A stretch of DNA of 61,504 nucleotides from Actinomycetota bacterium. GTDB taxonomy: Bacteria; Actinomycetota; CADDZG01; WHSQ01. Below the pieces are notes generated by a model, which was given only the letters and a program-made list of their open reading frames with translations, was not told the origin of the DNA and searched no databases. The stretch lies in NCBI GenBank assembly GCA_035641235.1, contig DASQUP010000144.1:1-61504 (forward strand). The letters are read 5' to 3'. Shown here piece after piece: positions 8,222-17,795 of the stretch; the first letter of the stretch is position 1; the number at the start of each line of letters is the position of its first letter. The position numbers and the translations under genes are program-made.

Positions 8222-9397
8222 GTGAACCTCCTCGATCTGATCGTGATCCTCGTCGCCGTCGCATTGGCTTATCGCGGCTGGCACAAGGGACTCGTTGGCC
8301 AGGTTTTCGAGCTCGGCGGGGGGTTCCTCGGGCTGATTGTCGGAATCGCGGTGGGCCCTCGAATCGCCGCCGCGTTCACCGATCGCCCCGGGCTTCAGGG
8401 CGCGCTGATCTCGCTATTCGTCGTCTTCGTTCTGCTCTCGATCGGGCAGACGGCCGGCTACATCGTCGGTCACAGAGGTGGCGTCATGGCCAGGCGGGCA
8501 CGCCTGGGCGGTGTCAACCAGACCCTCGGCGCCGGTTTCGGCGTGGTCATCACCGTGATCACGCTGTGGCTCGTCGGCTCCTTACTCGTTTCCGTTCCGT
8601 CGCGCCCGCTTGCCAGGACCTTTCGGGGATCGGCGGTGCTGCGAGCGGTGAGCGACACGCTCCCGCGGCCACCCAACCTGGTCTTCTATCTGCGTCAGTA
8701 CCTCGACACATCGGGGTTCCCTCAGGTCTTTGCAGGGCTCCCCAGGCCCCTGGCCCCCCAGGTCGATCTCCCCGCTGGGCCTCAGGCGCGCGATGCAATC
8801 CGGGCTGCTCGGAGGTCAACCGTTCGGGTCGTCGTTCCCGCCTGTGGCGGGACACAGCTCGGAAGCGGCTGGGTTGCGGGGGAATCCACAGTCGTTACCA
8901 ATGCACACGTGCTCGCGGGGGGCGACACCATCACCATCGAGGACAACGCCGGGCGGCACGAGGGGCGGGTCGTCTTCTTCGACCCTCGCACGGATATCGC
9001 CGTCGTGAGGGTCGAGGGACTCGCCGGTCCGCCGCTCGACCTTGATGAGCGTGCGCTCGGCCGGGGAGAGGGGGGAGCAACCCTCGGATATCCGGGCGGG
9101 GGGCCGCTGGACGTTCACCCGGCGGCGGTGCGTGACCGGTATACGGCCGTTGGCCTCGATATCTACGGTCAGCGCGAGGTGTCGCGCGAGGTGTATGAAT
9201 TGAGATCACCGGTCAAGCAGGGAGATTCGGGCGGGCCGTTTGTGCTGCCGAACGGATCCGTTGCCGGCGTGGTTTTTGCGGCTTCCACGACTGATAGTGA
9301 TACGGGATACGCGCTCACCGGTGACGAGGTCATGGACGAGATCGAAGAGGGGCTGTCGGCGGCATCGCCCGTGCCCACGGGCCGGTGCACCCACTAG
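8222..9397 (+). CDS. marP: MarP-type membrane serine protease (CvpA-like N-terminal TM domain plus trypsin-like S1 domain)
   Basis: N-terminal MNLLDLIVILVAVALAYRGWHKG (CvpA-like). C-terminal protease with VVTNAHV (His), TDIAVV (Asp) and GDSGGP (Ser). Confidence 0.85.
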   Translation: MNLLDLIVILVAVALAYRGWHKGLVGQVFELGGGFLGLIVGIAVGPRIAAAFTDRPGLQGALISLFVVFVLLSIGQTAGYIVGHRGGVMARRARLGGVNQTLGAGFGVVITVITLWLVGSLLVSVPSRPLARTFRGSAVLRAVSDTLPRPPNLVFYLRQYLDTSGFPQVFAGLPRPLAPQVDLPAGPQARDAIRAARRSTVRVVVPACGGTQLGSGWVAGESTVVTNAHVLAGGDTITIEDNAGRHEGRVVFFDPRTDIAVVRVEGLAGPPLDLDERALGRGEGGATLGYPGGGPLDVHPAAVRDRYTAVGLDIYGQREVSREVYELRSPVKQGDSGGPFVLPNGSVAGVVFAASTTDSDTGYALTGDEVMDEIEEGLSAASPVPTGRCTH

Positions 9398-9447
9398 AGG
9401 CCAGCGCCCGGGCCGCGTGGTTGCGACCCGGGCTTCTCCGCTGAGCT

Positions 9448-10245
9448 CTATTGGAACTCGATGGTGCCCTTCATGCCGTCCGAGTGGGGGGTGCACTCGA
9501 AGTCATAGGTCCCCGGTGGTGCATCGAATGTGATGCGCTGGGCGCTGTTGCTCGGAATCTGAAGGTCGACTCCAAGCTCCTCGATCGTAAAGGTGTGCAG
9601 GGTCGTGTCCTTGTTCTCGACGAACACCGACACCTCGCCCGCCTCGGCAGTGATGTGTTCGTGGGAGAACTCGATGTCCTGGGTGACGATTTCGATATCT
9701 CCCGCCTGCACGACGGCGGACTCGTGGGTAACGCGGGCGGCCGCAGCCGTTGCAATGGAGAGCCCGATCAGGGCGAGGGCGGCGAATCCGAGAGTGCGGG
9801 CGGCCGGGGAAGGTCCCGACTCCTTCGTCCGAACCGCGGCCACGGCCGCGCTGAGGAGGACCACGAGAAAGACAAGAATGACGCTAGTCATGATGAAGTC
9901 TTCGGTCGAGGCCGGCACCCTGAGGCTTGGAACGATGAAGGGAAGGTTCAGTAGCAGCGTGAGCACCCCAACTACGCCGAGGAAGATTGCGCCCCCCTTC
10001 CGGCGCCGGCGAATGATCAGAGCTCCGATGACAAACGGCGCCGCGAATATGAGCAGAGGCGGGATGAACTCGCCGAACACCACCATGCCGCCGATCATCG
10101 CGGCGGCTACCCCCAGGGCGCTCCAGAACAGCAACTCCGTCCATCCGATCCCGGCCGCCCGAGCCGTTTCCGGTCCCGTCGGGCGGGCCTCCGTGGTCTG
10201 CATCTCGAACCTCCCGTTCATAGCGAGCTGGATGTCGAGAGCCAT
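9448..10245 (-). CDS. polytopic membrane protein with C-terminal cupredoxin (type-1 copper) domain
   Basis: About 5 N-terminal TM helices, then a cupredoxin domain with candidate ligands H (TLHTF) and C-x2-H-x3-M (ECTPHSDGM). Confidence 0.75.
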   Translation of the reverse strand: MALDIQLAMNGRFEMQTTEARPTGPETARAAGIGWTELLFWSALGVAAAMIGGMVVFGEFIPPLLIFAAPFVIGALIIRRRRKGGAIFLGVVGVLTLLLNLPFIVPSLRVPASTEDFIMTSVILVFLVVLLSAAVAAVRTKESGPSPAARTLGFAALALIGLSIATAAAARVTHESAVVQAGDIEIVTQDIEFSHEHITAEAGEVSVFVENKDTTLHTFTIEELGVDLQIPSNSAQRITFDAPPGTYDFECTPHSDGMKGTIEFQ

Positions 10246-10351
10246 GAAACGGGACCGGCGTCCGGAAATCGTTACGGAACGGCGGCCGCCCTGAGGTTCG
10301 CTACATCAAGCCGCCCTCACCGGCCTCAGGTTGCAGAGCCTCCTGGCTGAA

Positions 10352-10389
10352 ATGGCAATCAACCACGAAATATCGTGGCTGAGTGCCAT
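10352..10389. terminator. nested double hairpin downstream of the SDR gene
   Basis: ATGGCA atcaa CCACGA aata TCGTGG ctgag TGCCAT. Two 6-bp stems. Lies 40 nt beyond the minus-strand stop at 10429. Confidence 0.35.
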
Positions 10390-10428
10390 CTCGGGAGATG
10401 AGGCCGCGGGGGGCGCCCGGCGGCGCGG

Positions 10429-11181
10429 TCAGGCAGTCTGGCCGCCGTCGATGACCAGGGTCGCGCCCGTGATGAAGGAGGCGGCATCCGAGGCGAGGAA
10501 GACCGCCGCTCCCACGACCTCCTCCGCCTGTCCCCAGCGGCCCATCGGGATCGAGGACACGACCGCCCTATCCGATTCCACGTCCTCCCTCAGGTTTGCA
10601 TTGAGTTCGGTGGCGATCCATCCTGGGGCGATTGAGTTCACCCGCACTCCGGAGCCTGCCAGTTCCTTGGCGACCGCCTGGCTCATTAGGCGGATGGCGC
10701 CCTTGGCAGCGGAGTAGAAGGACAGGGTCATCGCGCCCTCAATGCCGGCGACCGAAGCCATCTGGATTATCGATCCGCCGCTCCCGTCGACCATGCGCTG
10801 TGCCGCGAGTTGCGTGGCGTGGAACGTCGCATCGGCGTTGACTCGCATAACTTTCGACCATCCCTCCGGCCTAAGGGCAAGCAGGGGTGCGGTGAATCTC
10901 GCTCCTCCCGCATTGTTCATGAGGATGTCGAGACCTCCCAGCTCGAAGACCGTGCGGTCCATGAGGTTCTCGATCTGGTCCCGCTCGTTGACGTCGGTGG
11001 GAACGACTATGGCGCGCCGCCCAAGAGATTCGATTTCCGCACCGACTGACTCAAGGTCATCCTTGCTCCGCGCAGCCAGTGAGACATCGGCCCCCGCGCG
11101 TGCAAAGCCAAGCGCTATCGCCCGGCCTATACCGCGCGATGCTCCAGTCACGATCGCTACCTTGCCCTGAAGAGAAAACAT
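10429..11181 (-). CDS. SDR family oxidoreductase
   Basis: Within ORF 10429..11316. ATG at 11181 gives MFSLQGKVAIVTGASRGIGRAI (TGxxxGIG). Also NNAG and the catalytic Y-x3-K (YSAAK). Confidence 0.9.
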   Translation of the reverse strand: MFSLQGKVAIVTGASRGIGRAIALGFARAGADVSLAARSKDDLESVGAEIESLGRRAIVVPTDVNERDQIENLMDRTVFELGGLDILMNNAGGARFTAPLLALRPEGWSKVMRVNADATFHATQLAAQRMVDGSGGSIIQMASVAGIEGAMTLSFYSAAKGAIRLMSQAVAKELAGSGVRVNSIAPGWIATELNANLREDVESDRAVVSSIPMGRWGQAEEVVGAAVFLASDAASFITGATLVIDGGQTA

Positions 11182-11240
11182 CTCGGTGCTCACGATCACC
11201 CCCGGAATCGGACGGCTCGATCCGCCTTTAGCATGCTCGC

Positions 11241-12017
11241 ATGTCTGAACTGTTGGAGAGAAGCAGAGCGGAACTGGTGTCCGCCGGCATAACTGGACCA
11301 CACCAGTCACATTCACGCGAAAACGCGATCGGTAAGATCAGGGCGATCATCTCGGATGTTACGGAGGACACCTTTGGGATCTCCGGCTTGGACAAGTATT
11401 CCGCACAGGAGATCCTGGCGTTCGTCTCCGACCTGACCGGCTGCCCGAACGACATCGCGGATATCGGCGGCTACGACGAGATCGATCCCGACAAGACGAT
11501 CGATGGGATCGTTGCCGCGGCGCGCCGGCTGAAGCGTTCGGCCGAAAACGGAGATCTGTTGTTCATCGCGACAGGACATCCAACCGGCCTACTGGAGCAC
11601 CACATCAGAGTCGCGGACGCATACCGGCGCGCCGGTGGAAAGATCCTGCGACTTAGCGAGGACGAACGCGTCGCGTGGAAGCGAGGGCGGCACCGGGAGA
11701 TCCGGTACTCGGGCGGTGTGGGATGCCTCGCCGACTGGGGAGCACTCCTTCACACGCACTCGGCCGAGCCGATGGAAGGACTGTTGGACGCCGGCCCGTG
11801 GCCCGACCTCGTCGTAGGCGACCACGGCTTCGCCGGGGCCGCGATCGAACGAGGCATTCCGACGATCGCGATCATGGACATCAACGATCCCGCGCTCGCG
11901 GTGGCATGGGCCGAAGGAAATGACGTGTCCATTGTTCCGATGGACGACAACCGCCTGCCGCGCCTCTACGAGCCTTCGTGGCAGATCTTCGAAGCGATCT
12001 TGGGAGGGGACCTGTGA
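11241..12017 (+). CDS. conserved hypothetical protein
   Basis: 258-aa ORF with protein-like composition. Its stop overlaps the GTG of the downstream aminopeptidase (GTGA). No motif I can name with confidence. Confidence 0.6.
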   Translation: MSELLERSRAELVSAGITGPHQSHSRENAIGKIRAIISDVTEDTFGISGLDKYSAQEILAFVSDLTGCPNDIADIGGYDEIDPDKTIDGIVAAARRLKRSAENGDLLFIATGHPTGLLEHHIRVADAYRRAGGKILRLSEDERVAWKRGRHREIRYSGGVGCLADWGALLHTHSAEPMEGLLDAGPWPDLVVGDHGFAGAAIERGIPTIAIMDINDPALAVAWAEGNDVSIVPMDDNRLPRLYEPSWQIFEAILGGDL

Positions 12018-12964
12018 GCGACATGCAAACTGCCGTCCAGACCGTTCTTGGAGAGTGCCTGGCCGTTCAACCGGGCGAGAGCGTGCTCGTCGTCACCGAC
12101 CCCAAGAGAAGATCGATCGCCGAGGCCCTCGTGGAACAAGCCCGCTTCATGGGCGCCGAAACCGTGCTGGCCGAGATGTCGGAGCGGGAAACAAACGGGA
12201 CGGAGCCACCTGCGACGGTGGCGGCCGCAATGCTCGAGTGCCATGTCTGCGTAGCTCCTACTACCAAATCCCTATCGCACACGCAGGCTCGACACGCGGC
12301 ATGCGAAAACGGCGCGCGCATTGCCACGATGCCCCAGGTCACTGAAGACATGTTGCTGCGCACGATGTCATCGGACTACTCAGAGGTGCGGAGGAAGTCG
12401 TCGGCCGTCGCCAAACTGCTGACCGACGGAAGGGAAGTCCACGTAACTACGGACGCTGGGACAGACGTCACCCTCCTCATCGATGGACGGCAGGGGCTGG
12501 CCGACGACGGTGACATTCGGGAGCGAGGGGGATTCGGGAATCTCCCCGCGGGAGAGGGCTTCATTGCGCCCGTGGAGAACGCGACGCAGGGACGCATAGT
12601 TTTCGACGGCTCCATGTGGCCGATGGGCAGACTTTCGTCTCCCCTCACCATCGAGATCGAAGATGGCTATGCCACGGCCATGAGCGGGGAGGCTGCCGCC
12701 GAATTCAAATCGATAGTCGAGCCGTACGGGCGTGAAGCGTTTGCGGTCGCCGAACTCGGCATCGGGACCAATGAACGTGCGACCTTGACGGGTAACGTGC
12801 TGGAAGACGAGAAGATTCTGGGCACGATTCACGTAGCCTTCGGCGACAACCACTCATTTGGGGGAACAATTCGAGTGTCGTCACATCAAGACGGCATCGT
12901 CCTCAAACCCACCGTGCGAATCGACGGGACGACGGTGCTCGAGGACGGCCACCTCCTAGTTTGA
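12014..12964 (+). CDS. M29-family aminopeptidase (AmpS/PepS-like)
   Basis: ORF 11978..12964. GTG at 12014 overlaps the upstream stop (alternative ATG at 12023). GNLPAGEGF, ELGIGTN and GTIHVAFGDN motifs are typical of thermophilic-type aminopeptidases. Confidence 0.8.
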   Translation: MSDMQTAVQTVLGECLAVQPGESVLVVTDPKRRSIAEALVEQARFMGAETVLAEMSERETNGTEPPATVAAAMLECHVCVAPTTKSLSHTQARHAACENGARIATMPQVTEDMLLRTMSSDYSEVRRKSSAVAKLLTDGREVHVTTDAGTDVTLLIDGRQGLADDGDIRERGGFGNLPAGEGFIAPVENATQGRIVFDGSMWPMGRLSSPLTIEIEDGYATAMSGEAAAEFKSIVEPYGREAFAVAELGIGTNERATLTGNVLEDEKILGTIHVAFGDNHSFGGTIRVSSHQDGIVLKPTVRIDGTTVLEDGHLLV

Positions 12965-13012
12965 GTCGGGAAGCCACGCCGATGAGGCCGACCGGGAGCC
13001 TCAGAACCCCGT

Positions 13013-13041
13013 TCTGACCAGCCCAAACTTCCCTTGTATAC
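13013..13041 (+). promoter_or_regulatory. putative sigma-70-like promoter giving a near-leaderless HTH transcript
   Basis: CTGACC (13013-13018), 17-nt spacer, TATACT (13036-13041). ATG at 13051 lies 10 nt after the -10 element. Confidence 0.3.
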
Positions 13042-13050
13042 TGCCGCCGA

Positions 13051-13270
13051 AATGACCGAGTCGACTGAAGGCACCTCCGGTATCCCCGGCATGACCGGCC
13101 GATTCCTGACCGTTGCAGAGGTTGCGCGCCAGTTGCGGGTATCGAACATGACCGTGTACCGCCTCATCAAGTCCGGCAATCTCGGAGCCGTTCGGGTGGG
13201 ACGCGGCTACCGCATACCCGACGGCGATCTGCGTAAGTACCTCAGCCAGAGGTACATGGACGCCGGCTAG
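13051..13270 (+). CDS. excisionase-family helix-turn-helix DNA-binding protein (Rv0500A-like)
   Basis: FLTVAEVARQLRVSNMTVYRLIKSGNLGAVRVGRGYRI is a classic Xis/MerR-type HTH. The ORF track start at 13034 would overlap the -10 box. Alternative ATG at 13090. Confidence 0.8.
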
Positions 13271-13294
13271 ACCGGCCGGGAGGCGCCCTCAGAT

Positions 13295-13326
13295 GACCGC
13301 TCCCATGCGGGGGGAGCGGTCTTTTT
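13295..13326 (+). terminator. rho-independent terminator
   Basis: GACCGCTCCC / GGGAGCGGTC 10-bp stem, 7-nt loop, followed by TTTTT (13322-13326). Lies 25 nt after the HTH stop. Confidence 0.8.
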
Positions 13327-13361
13327 AGTGACTTGACCGAAGAGGCTCGAGGGGAACCGGT

Positions 13362-14258
13362 ATGAGGGCAAGGACGGAGATGGCGTACGAGCGTCTCCTG
13401 GCGAACCCAGGGGTCGTAATGCTGCTGGGAGCGCTCGACACGGGCAAGACGACCTTTGCCTTCGAGCTTGCCCGGCGCGCCCTTGACGCAGACGTGCCGT
13501 GCGCGATCGTTGATGCCGATATCGTCCAGTCGACCGTGGGCCCACCCACGACGGTAGGGATGAAAATGCTGCGGTCGGAGGGCGACCTCTCGCGGGACGC
13601 ACTCCGGGGGGCGGACGGGCTCGGATTTGTCGGAACCTTGATTCCCAAGGGCCATTTGCTCCCCCTGATATCAAGCACGGGCAAGCTCGTTCGGGCGGCG
13701 GCAGCGGGGGGCGCGGAACTCGTCATAGTCGACACAACGAGCCTCGTATCGGGGATCTACGGTCAAACACTCAAGTTCTTCAAGATGGATCTCGTAGCAC
13801 CGGATTTCGTCGTGGCCTTTGAACGCGGAGGCGAACTCGAACCTGTCGTCGGCCTGGCTCAGCGGTTCACTGGGGCCGAGGTCGTGGAGCTGGAAGTGGA
13901 TCCAGAGGTGAGGGTCCGGTCCGTCGATGAACGTATGACGTTTAGAGAGGAGCAGTTTGCGGCCTACTTTGCCAAGGGTGTCTCGCGCTGGCGCGTGAAG
14001 CCGACCGTCTTCATGCCGACCCTCCCGCCGGAGTTTGATCTCGCTCTGCTGGACAGTCTGGTAGTGGGTATGGAGGACGGCAGGGGTGCTTGCGTTGGCA
14101 TCGGCGTGCTCGAGCACGATCCGGGGGAGGACATCTTGCGTATGGTGTCGCCCGTGACGGAGGGCGTTAGAGGGCTACGGATCGGCTCATTGCGTATCGA
14201 GACGTCGGGCCGCTCGAAGGGTCCTGTCGACCTCCGCCAGTTGTTTGGTAGTGAGTGA
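13362..14258 (+). CDS. Clp1/Grc3-like P-loop NTPase (putative polynucleotide 5'-kinase)
   Basis: VMLLGALDTGKTTFAFELARRAL (Walker A) followed by VDADIVQSTVGPPTTVG. This resembles the D-x-D-x-GQ...PG signature of Clp1-family kinases. Confidence 0.55.
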   Translation: MRARTEMAYERLLANPGVVMLLGALDTGKTTFAFELARRALDADVPCAIVDADIVQSTVGPPTTVGMKMLRSEGDLSRDALRGADGLGFVGTLIPKGHLLPLISSTGKLVRAAAAGGAELVIVDTTSLVSGIYGQTLKFFKMDLVAPDFVVAFERGGELEPVVGLAQRFTGAEVVELEVDPEVRVRSVDERMTFREEQFAAYFAKGVSRWRVKPTVFMPTLPPEFDLALLDSLVVGMEDGRGACVGIGVLEHDPGEDILRMVSPVTEGVRGLRIGSLRIETSGRSKGPVDLRQLFGSE

Positions 14259-14336
14259 CGTTCGCAGAGAGCGGTCGAGGATGTACCCTCCCTGCGCCCG
14301 TGCAAAGAGGAATTAGATGAGAGGGAAAGGAGGCTT

Positions 14337-14438
14337 ATGCCGTCGCTCGTAAAGAAACGCCGCAAGAAGATGCGCAAGAAGAAGCATCGCAAGATGCTGA
14401 AGAAGACTCGCTGGCAGAGGCGTCAGCAGGGTAAGTAG
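14337..14438 (+). CDS. 30S ribosomal protein bS22 (actinobacterial 33-aa basic peptide)
   Basis: Not in the ORF track because it is too short. ATG at 14337 is preceded by GAAAGGAGG. It encodes MPSLVKKRRKKMRKKKHRKMLKKTRWQRRQQGK, closely resembling mycobacterial bS22 (Rv0500B-type). Confidence 0.9.
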   Translation: MPSLVKKRRKKMRKKKHRKMLKKTRWQRRQQGK

Positions 14439-14479
14439 CGGCCCTTCGACCCGACGCATTGGTCGTGGCAAGGTGTGGA

Positions 14480-14773
14480 CTAAGTCATCGTCAGGGTCGT
14501 TTCCTCCTCGGATTCCCCCGGAAACTGAGCCGCCCGGCGGCGTCGCGCAATCAGGTAGCGGCGCTCCTGCGGGGTCATACCGCCCCATATTCCGAACCGC
14601 TCTCCGGCGGCCAGGGCGAACTCAAGACATTGCTCCCGGACGGAGCACGTAAAACAGATCGCCTTCGCTTCGTCTCCGTCCTGATCCGTCGGCGGATAGA
14701 AGCTCTCCACCGAGAACTCGCGGCAGGCAGCTAGATCCTGCCACACAAGCTCCCGCGTTGGCGGCTCAAACAT
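14480..14773 (-). CDS. WhiB-family transcriptional regulator (4Fe-4S)
   Basis: C-x(n)-C-x2-C-x5-C (AACREF...CFTCSVREQC) and GIWGG turn. ATG at 14773 (MFEPPTRE) preferred over the ORF start at 14809. Confidence 0.9.
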   Translation of the reverse strand: MFEPPTRELVWQDLAACREFSVESFYPPTDQDGDEAKAICFTCSVREQCLEFALAAGERFGIWGGMTPQERRYLIARRRRAAQFPGESEEETTLTMT

Positions 14774-14901
14774 CCCATCCCCCCCCGATAGAGGATCGTT
14801 GATGTGCAACTTAGCCGAAATCGCGGCGGCGTTTGACCACCTCGTCGTTTTGCTTGGAGATCCGTCCGTTATGGGCGAGGACTGCTGGATAGGATCGCGG
14901 A

Positions 14902-15723
14902 GTGAAGAAGCGAGAAATCGTCACATTCCTTTCGGACTACGGCCTCGAAGACGAGTTCGTCGGCGTCTGCCACGGCGTGATGCTCGGCATCGCGCCCCAC
15001 CTGAAGATCATCGATGTGAACCACAACATCCTTCGCCAGGACATCCGGCATGGTGCAATCGTTCTCGAGCAATCGATTCCTTTTTTGCCTGATTCCGTAC
15101 ATCTTGCGGTAGTTGATCCCACCGTCGGGTCGCACAGGCGCGCAGTTGCGGTGGAAACGGGATGGGGCGAGATCTTTGTCGGTCCCGACAATGGGCTGTT
15201 GATTCCGGCCGCACGTGCGTCGGGGGGTATCCGGCGCGTTCACGAAATCGTGAATGAGAGCTTTCTCCTCCGACCCGTGTCGCGCACGTTCCATGGGCGC
15301 GATGTGTTCGCTCCGGCAACGGCTCATATTGCAAACGGCGTCGATCCCGCCGAACTCGGCCCGGCGATGGCGGAAGAAGACCTATCACAGCTCGAGATAC
15401 CTCAAGCCTGGATACACGACGATCACTTGCACGCCGAGGTCCTTCAGGTGGATCGTTTCGGCAATCTGCAGCTGAATGTCTTTCGGCCTCAGCTCGAACA
15501 GATCGGACTCGATGGAGGCATGAGAATCGAGATGCGTCTAGAGGGCCACCGTCTCGCCGTTGAATTTTGCGGCGCTTTCGCCGACGTTAAGGCGGGCGAT
15601 TACGTGCTCGTCGAAGATTCGTATCGGTACCTCTCACTGGCGGTGAACAAGGGCGACGCACGCGCCAGGCTGCGCGCTCAAGCAGGTTCGACGGTGATCG
15701 TGGGGCCTGCGGTGGAGGCTTAG
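14902..15723 (+). CDS. SAM hydrolase / SAM-dependent halogenase family protein (DUF62)
   Basis: N-terminal IVTFLSDYGLEDEFVGVCHGVM and HLAVVDPTVGS motifs characteristic of the family. Confidence 0.8.
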   Translation: MKKREIVTFLSDYGLEDEFVGVCHGVMLGIAPHLKIIDVNHNILRQDIRHGAIVLEQSIPFLPDSVHLAVVDPTVGSHRRAVAVETGWGEIFVGPDNGLLIPAARASGGIRRVHEIVNESFLLRPVSRTFHGRDVFAPATAHIANGVDPAELGPAMAEEDLSQLEIPQAWIHDDHLHAEVLQVDRFGNLQLNVFRPQLEQIGLDGGMRIEMRLEGHRLAVEFCGAFADVKAGDYVLVEDSYRYLSLAVNKGDARARLRAQAGSTVIVGPAVEA

Positions 15724-15727
15724 AGGC

Positions 15728-16777
15728 GTGGCTGAAGGTGGACGGCGGGTACTCATCACAGGGGTCTCTAGGTTTCTGGGCCTTCGCCTGGCGCGCCTTT
15801 TGGGAGAAGACGAGGACATCGAGGAAGTCTTCGGGGTGGATCTCGACGATCCACCGGGCGACGTACCGCGGCTTGAGTTCATCCGCGCCGACATACGGAG
15901 CCCGCTGATAGCTCGCGTATTGAATGCTACGCGTGTCGACACACTCGTGCATACGAACATCACGTCGAGCGAAGGGCGCGCCGGCAGCCGCTCACAAATG
16001 AAGGAAATCAATGTGATCGGGACCATGCAGCTCATGGCAGCAGCTCAGCACGCGGAACGATTGCGCCGCGTCGTCGTCAAATCTTCCGGAGCGATCTACG
16101 GTCGACTGATCGCAGAGCCGTCTATCCTGACGGAGGACCACGCATCGCGGCGCGGCGATCTCGCCGGCTACGGGAAGGACTGTGCGGAGGCGGAGACATA
16201 CGCACGTGACTTCGGCCGGCGGCGCTCCGATGTCGAACTTGTGATCCTGAGGACTCAGAACATGGTGGGTCCAACCATCGACACCAGCATGACCGAGTAT
16301 TTGTCGTTGCCAATTGTGCCCACCGCCTTGGGTTACGACCCTCGGATCCAGCTGCTCCACGAAGAAGATGCGCTGGAGGCGCTTCATAGCTCCGTCATGA
16401 GTGCCCCTCGCGGCATCTACAACCTCGCCGGAGACGGCGTCGTCTATCTGTCGCAGGCGATACGAAGGCTGGGCCGGCTCCCGCTGCCCTTGCTTCAGCC
16501 GACTGCGGCTTCGGCGGCATCGCTGCTTCGCCGTTTCAACCTCGTGGACTTTCCGCCGGACCAATTGGCCGTTCTCATGTACGGGCGGGTTTTGGATACA
16601 ACACGCGCCCGTGAGGCGTTTGGTTTTGCCCCGCGTTACTCGACGGTGGACGCGATCGAGGATCTCCGGGAGCGAAGATCACCTGAGGTGCGGCCGCGAG
16701 CGCGCAGACATCACTCGTGGGAACGAGAGCTCTTCGACTACCTCAACCGCAGGGGACGAAGCACGGAGTTCGTGTGA
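15728..16777 (+). CDS. NAD-dependent epimerase/dehydratase family protein (galE2-like position)
   Basis: RVLITGVSRFLGLRLA Rossmann motif. 349 aa. Stop overlaps the next start (GTGA). Confidence 0.85.
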   Translation: MAEGGRRVLITGVSRFLGLRLARLLGEDEDIEEVFGVDLDDPPGDVPRLEFIRADIRSPLIARVLNATRVDTLVHTNITSSEGRAGSRSQMKEINVIGTMQLMAAAQHAERLRRVVVKSSGAIYGRLIAEPSILTEDHASRRGDLAGYGKDCAEAETYARDFGRRRSDVELVILRTQNMVGPTIDTSMTEYLSLPIVPTALGYDPRIQLLHEEDALEALHSSVMSAPRGIYNLAGDGVVYLSQAIRRLGRLPLPLLQPTAASAASLLRRFNLVDFPPDQLAVLMYGRVLDTTRAREAFGFAPRYSTVDAIEDLRERRSPEVRPRARRHHSWERELFDYLNRRGRSTEFV

Positions 16778-17793
16778 CAGAAGCCGAGATAATTCGTATC
16801 GATGCGCGCATGCGCGACTTGGGTCGCGTGCGTTGCCGGGCAACAACGACATCTGGCCGTCCATGTCGCAACTATGCACTCGAGGGCGGTGATTACTGCG
16901 CGGTGCACGAGCGGGCGCGCGGGGACCGTTCGCAAACTCCCGCGGCGCATGTCGTGGAGGAACCCCAGGGCGTAGCGGACGTGTTCGGGTGGTTGAGGCG
17001 GCGACTAAGCGGCGACTATGAAGTGGACGACTTCGGCCTCGATGAGGAGCTCCTCCGCGACGTCATGGGCCCGCTCGTCAGACCGTTGTACGAGCACTGG
17101 TTCCGCGTGCAGACGTTGGGTCTCGACCGTATCCCAGCCACCGGTCCGGCTCTGCTCGTCGCGAATCATTCGGGGACCATCCCCCTCGACTCCGTGATCA
17201 TGACGTACGCCGTCGCGAACGAGCATCCGGCGCGCCGCTTGGTCCGAAACGTTGGTGCCGATCTTGTTTACCGGTTGCCTTTCGTCGGCCCTCTCGCTCG
17301 AAAGGCCGGCACGGTCGTGGCGCACGAAGACGATGCTCTCGAACTGTTGCGGCGGGGTGAGCTCGTCGGTGTGTTTCCCGAAGGCTTCAAAGGAGTTGGA
17401 AAGGGCTGGCGGGAGCGTTACCGGCTGCAGCGCTTCGGGCGCGGCGGTTTCATCGAGCTCGCGCTGCGGGCGCGGGTCCCCATTGTTCCCGTTGCGATCG
17501 TCGGAGCCGAAGAGGCGTACCCGATGATCGGCAACATCAAGCCGCTCGCAACCCTCCTTGGGCTTCCTTATTTCCCCGTGACGCCAACCTGGCCTCTTCT
17601 TGGTCCTCTCGGGGTCCTCCCGCTGCCGTCGCGTTGGATCATCGAGTTCGGGGAGCCGGTGGCCATGGACACCTATCCCGAGGACGCGGCCGAGGATCCG
17701 ATGCTGGTGTTCGATCTAACGGACGAGGTCCGCGATCGCATCCAGCAGATGCTGTTCAGGAACCTCAACGCGCGCGGCGGGACTTTCCTTTAG
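16774..17793 (+). CDS. lysophospholipid (1-acyl-sn-glycerol-3-phosphate) acyltransferase family protein with N-terminal Cys/His motif
   Basis: ORF 16717..17793, GTG at 16774 coupled to the upstream stop. Acyltransferase motifs NHSGTIPLD (H-x4-D) and VFPEG. N-terminal segment RCRATTTSGRPCRNYALEGGDYCAVHE. Confidence 0.85.
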   Translation: MTEAEIIRIDARMRDLGRVRCRATTTSGRPCRNYALEGGDYCAVHERARGDRSQTPAAHVVEEPQGVADVFGWLRRRLSGDYEVDDFGLDEELLRDVMGPLVRPLYEHWFRVQTLGLDRIPATGPALLVANHSGTIPLDSVIMTYAVANEHPARRLVRNVGADLVYRLPFVGPLARKAGTVVAHEDDALELLRRGELVGVFPEGFKGVGKGWRERYRLQRFGRGGFIELALRARVPIVPVAIVGAEEAYPMIGNIKPLATLLGLPYFPVTPTWPLLGPLGVLPLPSRWIIEFGEPVAMDTYPEDAAEDPMLVFDLTDEVRDRIQQMLFRNLNARGGTFL

Positions 17794-17795
17794 GT

